A stretch of DNA of 64,000 nucleotides from a virus. Shown here in pieces: positions 46,698-54,752 of the stretch; position 1 is the first letter of the stretch; each line of letters begins with the position of its first letter. Under the pieces are notes generated by a model. That model saw only the letters and a list, made by a program, of their open reading frames with translations. It made no database searches and was not told the origin of the DNA. The stretch covers positions 1-64,000 of the IMG/VR virus record IMGVR_UViG_3300032053_000019. One strand, written 5' to 3'. The position numbers were made by a program, and so were the translations under genes.

Positions 46698-47651
46698 ATG
46701 CAGAAAGAAATATTGACCACTGAGCAGGTTTGGAGAATGGCCAAAGGTATCGTTGAAGATAATGTTTGCTTTCCTCCTGACATGATCATCGGCATCTCGC
46801 GGGGAGGAATCTACCCAGCCATGCTGGTTCAACGAATGCTATCGGAACGAACCTCTCAGAAATTTGACTTTCGTATTGTTGACCCATTCACTTCGGGCTG
46901 GATGGATGAGTTCATGGGAAAAAGAATTCTCCTCGTTGATGACATTTGGGATACAGGCGCCACGATGCGATACTTTATAGATGAGGCAAAGAAGAAGGGA
47001 CTTGCTGTTATACCAGCGGCCCTTGTTGTTAAGACGGAGGGGGAGAGAAAGCAGGAAGTTTGGTTTACCTTTCCCTGGGAAACGGAATCCGACGAACCCG
47101 GTGGACGGAAGCAGGCGACCATCACCTTACTCCGATCAATCGGGGAGGACCCTCTGCGTGAGGGGCTTCGTGACACTCCTCGACGTGTTGCTAAAATGTG
47201 GGACGAACTGACCTGTGGTTATACCCAGGATCCGAAGACCCTGTTAGATACCTCCTTCTCTTCTGAGTTGTATGATGAGATGGTCGTTCTGAAAGACATC
47301 AAGTTCTACTCAACTTGTGAGCATCACATGCTTCCCTTTTATGGTAAGGTTCACTTCGCCTACCTGCCCGATAAAAAAGTCGTGGGAGTTTCAAAGATTG
47401 CCCGTCTGGTCGAATGTTTCTCTAGGCGCCTTCAGATTCAGGAACGGATGACCGTGCAGATCGGGAAGGCGTTTGAGGCGGCGGTTGCTCCACTGGGGGT
47501 TGGTGTCTTGGTGGAGGGCGTGCACTTGTGCATGATGATCAGGGGGGTGGAAAAGGAAAATGCCAAGATGGTCACCAACTATCTTAGTGGTAGTTTCCGT
47601 GATCGTCCGGAGGCTCGGGCGGAGTTCCTGAAGATCGTGGAGGCGACGTGA
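46698..47651 (+). CDS. folE: Fusion of a Gpt-like phosphoribosyltransferase and GTP cyclohydrolase I
   Basis: N-terminal ISRGG, LVDDIWDTGAT, FPWE; C-terminal REGL..TP.RV, CEHH, G.SK, RLQ.QE, H.CM..RG. Confidence 0.9.
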   Translation: MQKEILTTEQVWRMAKGIVEDNVCFPPDMIIGISRGGIYPAMLVQRMLSERTSQKFDFRIVDPFTSGWMDEFMGKRILLVDDIWDTGATMRYFIDEAKKKGLAVIPAALVVKTEGERKQEVWFTFPWETESDEPGGRKQATITLLRSIGEDPLREGLRDTPRRVAKMWDELTCGYTQDPKTLLDTSFSSELYDEMVVLKDIKFYSTCEHHMLPFYGKVHFAYLPDKKVVGVSKIARLVECFSRRLQIQERMTVQIGKAFEAAVAPLGVGVLVEGVHLCMMIRGVEKENAKMVTNYLSGSFRDRPEARAEFLKIVEAT

Positions 47652-48655
47652 AAAACCAGTACCTGATGTCCAGCGTCTTTCTCACCAGACGGTGTCCCAT
47701 GCACTGTGCCTACTGCAGTCTGCGGGACTCAAAGTTGGTCGACAAAGAATTGACTGCCAAGCAATGGGCCACCGCGTTTGAGGAACTTGACAAGGTGGGT
47801 TGTTCCTTTCATCTGATCCTGGGGAACGAACCCCTCCTTCTGAAAGGTCTGGTTGATCTGGTATGGTGGATGCGTGGACGAACCCCTTACGCAATCTATA
47901 CAAGTGGCTATCCCTTGCTGATTGATAAGCACCTTCCGGCTCTGGTCGAAGCTGGTCTCCCGAATCTTAGTGGTGGGTGTGATAAGTTGATTACTGACCG
48001 CTCGCCTGCAACGGATATCGAGAGGAAGTCCAACTATGTCTTTAACGCACTTCAAAGGGCACGGGGTCTGGGGGTGAAGGATCTTCAGGGAACCATCACC
48101 CTATCAAAGTTGAATCTTGATAGTGTGGTTGATACTATCACTACCCTCCATGAGGCGGGAATCTGGAGTGGGTTCAATATTATCCATTACAATACGGATG
48201 GGCAGTTCGATTTCTTCCCTGAGAAAGAGGCGATCAAGGATCTCCTCTTTACTGAGGAGGACTGGCCGAAACTTCGTGAGGTGATGGGTCAGATTGTTTC
48301 AATGATAAAGTCAGGTGACTATATGATTCACCCACCTGCCGAATACTTCCAAGGGATTCTTGATCAGGGAGTTAATCTATCCTGGCACTGCACTCATCCT
48401 CTGGTCCTGTCGGTTGACTCGGATGGGAAGATGCGGTGTTGTGGTTATAGGCGCGGCACACGGTCACCTAACTATAGTGTCTTGAAGTTGAGCAAAAACT
48501 ATGAGAAGTTTTTGGCGGACAATGCCCAGGATCGGAAGGAGTGCCCAGGATGCTATTGGTCATGCTACTGGATGGCTGAGTATTATTTTGCTAAGGATCC
48601 TGACTTCGGTATAAAAGTTTTCCAGTCTCACGCGACTAGGAGGAATGATGAGTAA
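47648..48655 (+). CDS. Radical SAM protein with a C-terminal Twitch-like Cys cluster
   Basis: CPMHCAYC, GNEPLL, C...DSDG...CC...CPGCYWSC. Confidence 0.8.
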   Translation: MKNQYLMSSVFLTRRCPMHCAYCSLRDSKLVDKELTAKQWATAFEELDKVGCSFHLILGNEPLLLKGLVDLVWWMRGRTPYAIYTSGYPLLIDKHLPALVEAGLPNLSGGCDKLITDRSPATDIERKSNYVFNALQRARGLGVKDLQGTITLSKLNLDSVVDTITTLHEAGIWSGFNIIHYNTDGQFDFFPEKEAIKDLLFTEEDWPKLREVMGQIVSMIKSGDYMIHPPAEYFQGILDQGVNLSWHCTHPLVLSVDSDGKMRCCGYRRGTRSPNYSVLKLSKNYEKFLADNAQDRKECPGCYWSCYWMAEYYFAKDPDFGIKVFQSHATRRNDE

Positions 48656-49367
48656 AGAAACAATCGTCATCACTGGTGCATCCACTGGTATCGGGCGGGC
48701 GGTCCTACTTCATTTGTTCGAGAAGTTTCCGGACGCCCGGTTCATAACAGCAAACCGGAAAATAATTTCTAAGGAGGAGTTGCCTGGGGATATCAAACTT
48801 ATACAGTTTCCGATTGACCTGGGGGAGTGGGATAAGCTGTCTACATTGTGTAGATGGTTAGATGGATTGATTATTGATATTCTGGTGAACAATGCAGGGA
48901 CGATGCCTTTTGCCGCTATAGGTTCAGTGGGTGTGGATGATTATAACCAGACTCTGGATGTTAATCTACGAGCTCCCTTCTTCCTATCTCAGGCGTGCAT
49001 TAGGCACATGCCGGGTGGTGGTCGAATCATCAATGTTGCTTCAATCGCCGGCGGGCCTTGGGTAGATCCGGATAGTTCAATCATACCTTATAGCATCAGT
49101 AAGGCCGGTGTGATCATGTTGACGAGACAGTTGGCAAAGGCCTTTCCCACACTGCGGATCAACTCAGTTTCACCTGGGTTGGTGGCAGGTACTAACATTG
49201 TTGGAGGTGAGCCCACACCGCAGTCCCTGATTGACACGGTCCCGATAAAGCGGGAGGTGACCACACAGGAGGTTGCCCGTCTGATCGGATTCCTATGCTC
49301 AAAGGATGCCGATTACATCACGGGTCAAGATATTGTCATAGATGGTGGTAAGACTCTTTGGGGATGA
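48648..49367 (+). CDS. Short-chain dehydrogenase/reductase 1
   Basis: TGASTGIG, NNAG, YSISK, SPG, ITGQ...DGG. Confidence 0.9.
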   Translation: MSKETIVITGASTGIGRAVLLHLFEKFPDARFITANRKIISKEELPGDIKLIQFPIDLGEWDKLSTLCRWLDGLIIDILVNNAGTMPFAAIGSVGVDDYNQTLDVNLRAPFFLSQACIRHMPGGGRIINVASIAGGPWVDPDSSIIPYSISKAGVIMLTRQLAKAFPTLRINSVSPGLVAGTNIVGGEPTPQSLIDTVPIKREVTTQEVARLIGFLCSKDADYITGQDIVIDGGKTLWG

Positions 49368-50095
49368 AGATGCTAAAACTAACACGAAACCTTATTGTTA
49401 TCACCGGAGCGACTAGTGGTATTGGGTATGCTATCTTGAGAAGATTATATCATCAGTTTCCAGTTGCCCACTTTGTCAATATTGACAAGATACCCCTAGA
49501 TATCCATGACCTTCCTATCGGATGTAATCTTTTACAATTAACTGCTGATCTCCGACTTGCCGGCGATCTGGTTTGGGCGTGTGATCAGATAGGCCTTGTC
49601 TCCCGACCGGTGGACCTCTTGGTGAATAATGCAGGGATATGTCCCTTCCGAAGATTTGAGGAACTGAGTCCTAAGGAGTATGCGGAAACCATGGATGTTA
49701 ATCTTCGCGCACCATTCTTCCTTTCACAAGTGTGTATTGCTCAGATGCCCGATGATGGACGGATCATTAACATAGCGTCAACCTCTGGGCATCGTCCGGA
49801 GACGGAACCCGAGTTGGTTGACTATAGTCTAAGTAAGGCCGGTGTGATCATGTTGACAAAGTCCCTGGCGAAACTTTATCCTCGACTTCGTATTAACTCT
49901 ATCTCTCCGGGGTTTGTGGCGGGAACTGGACTATCTGGTGTTGCTGGTCTCCCTCCAGAATTGGCAAGTTTGGTTCCACTGAAAAGGTTTTGTCGTCCGG
50001 AGGAGGTTGCTGAAGTAGTTGCGTTTTTATGCTCTGACCAGGCTGATTATATCACTGGACATGACCTGGTGATTGATGGTGGGAAGATCCTTTAG
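49364..50095 (+). CDS. Short-chain dehydrogenase/reductase 2
   Basis: TGATSGIG, NNAG, YSLSK, SPG, ITGH...DGG. Confidence 0.9.
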   Translation: MKMLKLTRNLIVITGATSGIGYAILRRLYHQFPVAHFVNIDKIPLDIHDLPIGCNLLQLTADLRLAGDLVWACDQIGLVSRPVDLLVNNAGICPFRRFEELSPKEYAETMDVNLRAPFFLSQVCIAQMPDDGRIINIASTSGHRPETEPELVDYSLSKAGVIMLTKSLAKLYPRLRINSISPGFVAGTGLSGVAGLPPELASLVPLKRFCRPEEVAEVVAFLCSDQADYITGHDLVIDGGKIL

Positions 50096-50104
50096 GAGGA
50101 AACC

Positions 50105-50299
50105 ATGATACAACTTATTTATCTTGAGCAGGCACCCCAAACAAAACGACACTATCCCTGTTTTTATTATGTAGACGGGAAGGGAACTTATCATGCAGTT
50201 GCTCATGTTATAAAGGCACGGGGAGCTGACAAAGCAATGCGAGGGGCATTCGAATCGTTAGTGGGTTCTTTGTCAAAGTTAATACCAGAGGGGAAGTAG
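50105..50299 (+). CDS. Hypothetical protein
   Basis: AGGAGG RBS. Confidence 0.5.
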   Translation: MIQLIYLEQAPQTKRHYPCFYYVDGKGTYHAVAHVIKARGADKAMRGAFESLVGSLSKLIPEGK

Positions 50300-50300
50300 G

Positions 50301-51923
50301 ATGTGCGGCATAGTGGGTGTTTGGAATCGGGATGGAGCCTTTGATTGGGATACATACGATGAGTTGTTCTCTGCGGCGGAGAACCGAGGACAGGATGGAT
50401 TTGGGATCACTTTGGTTCCTGATATCCGAAAGAAGGAGATACTGACCTTCAAGTCCACTAAGACATACTCTGTCGACAAGTGGGCTGTCAAGAATTGGTT
50501 AATGGATCCTGCCCCGGTAAAGGGCAGTTTGATCATTGCGAACTTCCGCGCCCAACCAGAGACGGAAGTTGAAAGTTCCGAGAAGAATCTTCAGCCGATT
50601 GTATGTACAAAGGAGGGACTGATCCTTTCCCATAATGGTTCAGTGGCAAATTTCGTGGTGAACAAATACTCCGACTATCAAACAAAGATTGATAGTGAAG
50701 TCATTCTCAAGTCCTATCAAACGAGTCGTAATATGGGGAAAGTTATGGAGGAGATGGTGGGTGGGTTTGCTTTTCTTCTCTATGATCAAGAAGTCAATCG
50801 TCTGTTCTGTGTCAATGACTTTAAGCCGCTGGCGATCTGTTGTATCAGAGGAAAGGGAGTTATACTCCACTCATGTCTTGATGTAATTGAATCAGTAACC
50901 AGGAAGATCACTGATGCTCCCCGGTGCGGCATGAACGTGTGGGAGGACTGGTATTATCATTGGCAGGATGGCAACACCATTCGGGAGATTGATCTTGATA
51001 GTGGAATGGAAAGAATCACGACCTTCCAACCCAACCGATACCATCCGGTGTGGAAGCCTTCGCCGAAGATCAATAGCGAGTCCGTCCTGGTCTCTTCATC
51101 GGGTGGGATTGACAGCGGCCTGTCTGCGTTCGTCATGAGGCGTCTGGGATACCGAGTGACTCTGGTGAACTTCAACTATGGTCAGCGGGGCTGGGAGGCA
51201 GAGAGTTTGGCCTCCAGGCGCCTTGCTGATTACATGGGTTCGGAGTGGGTTGGCATTGATCTACAGAACATCTTCAAGGGAGATCCTTCGTCATTGATTA
51301 GACCGACCATTCCTATCGAGACAGGGACGGAGAGTTACATCAAGACAACGACTGCGTGGGTTAGCAATCGCAACGCAATTTTCCTATCCATCCTTGCCTC
51401 GTTGGCGGAACAGCAGATCCTGAGTAACAAGTCGGATCGAGTTCACCTCGTTACCGGAATGAGTAATCTCACCGAGGAGGGCTTCTATCCTGACAACTCA
51501 GAGTACTTCGTTCGTGCCTTCCTGGAGATGACTAAATACTCAACACTAGTCGGTGATCGTATCACTTACGTTTCGGTTATGCAACAGATTATGAAGTCCG
51601 AGGAGTGGATCCTCGGTAAGGAGCTAGACTTTCCCTTTGGGATGACAGTGAGTTGTGACCAGCCCTACGTGAACGAGAAAAAGGAAATACTTTTGTGTCG
51701 GCAGTGCGGTTCAACTCTTCTTAGCATCTGGGCCGCCGAGATGGCTGGTGTTGAGGATCCCAGACAGTTTTATGACTTAGAGGGACTACCCGTCATGGAA
51801 AAGAGGATTACTAAAGGAAGTAAAAATAAGGTTGACTATGCGGACCTGGTCCGGCGAATCAAACTGCCTAGTAAAAAGGACTATGATAGACTGGCTGATC
51901 TTTTGATGGGTCCGAGGAATTGA
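50301..51923 (+). CDS. Gat-QueC fusion (Ntn glutamine amidotransferase plus QueC)
   Basis: MCGI, RG.DG.G, HNG, DSE; SGGIDS, YGQR, NRNAIFL, YPD, SC...C..C. Confidence 0.85.
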   Translation: MCGIVGVWNRDGAFDWDTYDELFSAAENRGQDGFGITLVPDIRKKEILTFKSTKTYSVDKWAVKNWLMDPAPVKGSLIIANFRAQPETEVESSEKNLQPIVCTKEGLILSHNGSVANFVVNKYSDYQTKIDSEVILKSYQTSRNMGKVMEEMVGGFAFLLYDQEVNRLFCVNDFKPLAICCIRGKGVILHSCLDVIESVTRKITDAPRCGMNVWEDWYYHWQDGNTIREIDLDSGMERITTFQPNRYHPVWKPSPKINSESVLVSSSGGIDSGLSAFVMRRLGYRVTLVNFNYGQRGWEAESLASRRLADYMGSEWVGIDLQNIFKGDPSSLIRPTIPIETGTESYIKTTTAWVSNRNAIFLSILASLAEQQILSNKSDRVHLVTGMSNLTEEGFYPDNSEYFVRAFLEMTKYSTLVGDRITYVSVMQQIMKSEEWILGKELDFPFGMTVSCDQPYVNEKKEILLCRQCGSTLLSIWAAEMAGVEDPRQFYDLEGLPVMEKRITKGSKNKVDYADLVRRIKLPSKKDYDRLADLLMGPRN

Positions 51924-51925
51924 TC

Positions 51926-52639
51926 ATGGTAAAAAGTAGACGTCCCGTCCTGATGTTCAGTGGGGGGCTTGACTCATTGATTGCCTGGTTTGCTTTGGGC
52001 AAGCCAAAGGCAGTTCATGTTCACTTGGGTCATCGCTACGGAGCATCGGAATACTTTACGTCTATGAGCATTGCGAAGCGATTAGGCATGGACTTGATCA
52101 TTGAGAAACGATTGTACCTCGGTGATCAGGAAGCACCTGATGCCTATATCCCAATGCGTAATCTTTTTCTTGCCATGATTGGTGCACTTTACGGGGACGA
52201 TATTTACTTGGTATTCCAAAAAGGTGAGCAGTCCATTCCTGATCGTTCGCCTGAGTTCCTGGATAAGGCGTCAGAGATGCTATCGTTCCTTAATGAACGA
52301 AGGATCGTGGTGGACAGTCCCTTTCATAATATGACGAAGTCAGGCATGATCAGGTGGTACCTTGATCAAGGCAACGAAAAGTGTCCGGTTGATGTTCTCT
52401 ATAAGTCATTCTCCTGCTTTGGATCGGACTCAACAAAGGTTCCTTGCGGAGAGTGTGCCGCCTGTTTCAGGCGATGGGTAGCCTTTGAGAATAATGGACT
52501 GAGTCTTGCCCTTCGTGCAGATATCAAAGAGTGGGCAGGAATTCCTGGTTACATTAAACGGGTGAAGGCCGGAGAGTATGATCTTGATCGTGCTAGGGAA
52601 ATTGAGGGGGTCTTAAGGAGGCATGGATTATGGAAGTAA
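51926..52639 (+). CDS. queC: Second QueC-like PP-loop protein
   Basis: SGGLDS, IPMRN, PDRS.EF, SPF...K, SC...CGECAAC.RR. Confidence 0.8.
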   Translation: MVKSRRPVLMFSGGLDSLIAWFALGKPKAVHVHLGHRYGASEYFTSMSIAKRLGMDLIIEKRLYLGDQEAPDAYIPMRNLFLAMIGALYGDDIYLVFQKGEQSIPDRSPEFLDKASEMLSFLNERRIVVDSPFHNMTKSGMIRWYLDQGNEKCPVDVLYKSFSCFGSDSTKVPCGECAACFRRWVAFENNGLSLALRADIKEWAGIPGYIKRVKAGEYDLDRAREIEGVLRRHGLWK

Positions 52640-53721
52640 AAGTTTCCGGAGTGGAAGTTGAACGAGTCTTGAGTGCGGTATTGAGGTTTACTGAACCAAA
52701 CAATTTTCTTCCAGCAAGTGATTTGGTAATTTTTGATCGTATATACATAATTACCACCATGGTTTGGGGGGGATGCGTTCACCTCAGTAGTTTCTTCAAA
52801 ACGGAGAAGCCGCTAGGTCTTCCTGTCGACTTGCTAAAGAGGGTTCGTGCGGGTCTTGAGGGTAGGTTAGACAAGGAGGTAACTATCATTCTGGACGAGG
52901 TAGCGGAAGACATTTCCTTTAGGGTGGGACGTGATCGTAGTGTGGTTCGTGCCCAAACAGCACTGAAGTATACAACCCCCGATCGTATAAAGTCGGATGA
53001 TGTCGTCTTGTATGAGGCCACTGGTGATGTAGTTGGTGATCTTCAGAAGTTGTTGTTTTCCTGTTCTGACAATCCCTATGATGTGAAGTTTAATGGTGTC
53101 TGGTGGTCGGAGAATGATCATGCCTGGTATGCGTCGGATAACTTTAGGATAACTCGTTTTCCATCGAAATGTAAGTTGGGTCTTGAGGGGAACTTTTTTG
53201 TGCCCTCAACCTTTATTGAAAAGTCCGGTGGTTCAACGGATAAACTTGAGTTTGTGGGACTTGATGAAAACTCTTGTTTGTTTTTCTTCAAGGACTATAT
53301 TACATCGTTCCTGGTGATGGAACACAAGATGCCTCCCTTTGCCTCAGCCTTTGCGGGTGCAAGGGAGGAGGCATTATCCTCAGAACAAAGATTTACAATT
53401 AACATGCCGAAAGAGGATGTTGCACGATATCGAAAAACATTCCGAGAGGCAGGATCTGCTCCGGATATCAACATATACAAACGAGACGATGGGGTCTATA
53501 TGCTGGACGCCCAGTATAAGCATACCCAAACGGGTAGTTTTGAGACGGAGGTTGATCTAGTCGATGTTTCGGGGGAGATCGCCTTTACGATTGATGGTAC
53601 CTTCCTGTTGGATGCTCTTGAGCGGTTTAGTACTTTTTACCTGGTGGAGAAAAAGCACATCTACGCAAAGAACGAGGAGTCAGGAATGGAGCAACTTATT
53701 GCATGGAAGATAAGAGGATAA
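52630..53721 (+). CDS. DNA polymerase beta-clamp-like protein
   Basis: LF..SD.....FNGV...ASDNFRI and F.I...FLLDAL resemble DnaN motifs; 363 aa. Confidence 0.6.
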   Translation: MEVKVSGVEVERVLSAVLRFTEPNNFLPASDLVIFDRIYIITTMVWGGCVHLSSFFKTEKPLGLPVDLLKRVRAGLEGRLDKEVTIILDEVAEDISFRVGRDRSVVRAQTALKYTTPDRIKSDDVVLYEATGDVVGDLQKLLFSCSDNPYDVKFNGVWWSENDHAWYASDNFRITRFPSKCKLGLEGNFFVPSTFIEKSGGSTDKLEFVGLDENSCLFFFKDYITSFLVMEHKMPPFASAFAGAREEALSSEQRFTINMPKEDVARYRKTFREAGSAPDINIYKRDDGVYMLDAQYKHTQTGSFETEVDLVDVSGEIAFTIDGTFLLDALERFSTFYLVEKKHIYAKNEESGMEQLIAWKIRG

Positions 53722-53723
53722 CT

Positions 53724-54752
53724 ATGGAAGAGATCCGAGACTTCAAGGTCTTCTTCGTTATGACTTCGGGGGCACTGGAGCGCATGACCCGATTTGTTCA
53801 GCAGGGAATACTTCGTCGTATCCTATCCAGTTTTGTATACAAGGATCTCATTGATAAGTTGGCGAAGAATCTTGGTCCAGAGCACACAAAGAAAATGGAC
53901 ATCTTGATTGACTCCGGTGCCTTTACTGTTATGACTCAAGGGAAGGTAATAAACATTAGTGAGTATGTAGATTATCTGCGGGCCTTTACTGCGGAGGATC
54001 GGTGGGCCAGTGTCTATGCCTTCAACCTTGACGTAATTCCGGAGTTGGATAAGTTTGGCCATCTTAGTCACGAGACAGAGGAGAAAGCCGCCGAGGCGTC
54101 ATTCAAGAATTATCTTTACTTAACTGAACAAGCAAAGTTGGACTTCATCATTCCCGTTTATCATTATCGAGAAAATCTTAAGTGGTTGAAGAAAATAGTG
54201 GAGTCAGGTTGTCAGTACTTTGCTTTCGGTGGAATGTCCGGGAAGGTCAAGAGTTCGGCGGTAAAGAAAAAGGCCTTTTCAGAATTGTTCCTCCGTCTTG
54301 AGGAGTATGGATATAAGGGCAAGGTTCACATGTTGGGCCTTTGTATGCCGGAGGTCCTTTGTTCAAATGCCTGGTATTCAGTGGATGCCACTATTACGAA
54401 GTCGGCTGGGTATGGTCATATCTATTTGTTTGACGAAAAGTCAAAGAACAAAGTTTCAGTATGCCCGGTTTCGCCGATTAGGGGAAGGCATGAGTCAGTC
54501 ATGGGCGCTCACTCCTCAGACTCCTATCTTGCTGATCAACTAAAAGTGATTGGTATGGGTGATATCACTATTGAGGAAATGACCACAAGTTTCTGGGCAA
54601 GAGTTGAGGCCTGTTTCCGATCATGGTCAATGTTTGAAGATTTCGTAAATCGTCGACGAAAGGAACTTGGACGGAACTGCGTTTATGATATCGGGATACA
54701 ACGTGATGTTCATAGTTTTTGGAATGGGTTTGGTCATGACGATAAAGCGTAG
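53724..54752 (+). CDS. TGT-fold DNA-guanine transglycosylase (DpdA-like)
   Basis: DSGAF, NLDVIP, PVYH, FGG, HMLG, SVD; lies in the que gene cluster. Confidence 0.75.
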   Translation: MEEIRDFKVFFVMTSGALERMTRFVQQGILRRILSSFVYKDLIDKLAKNLGPEHTKKMDILIDSGAFTVMTQGKVINISEYVDYLRAFTAEDRWASVYAFNLDVIPELDKFGHLSHETEEKAAEASFKNYLYLTEQAKLDFIIPVYHYRENLKWLKKIVESGCQYFAFGGMSGKVKSSAVKKKAFSELFLRLEEYGYKGKVHMLGLCMPEVLCSNAWYSVDATITKSAGYGHIYLFDEKSKNKVSVCPVSPIRGRHESVMGAHSSDSYLADQLKVIGMGDITIEEMTTSFWARVEACFRSWSMFEDFVNRRRKELGRNCVYDIGIQRDVHSFWNGFGHDDKA

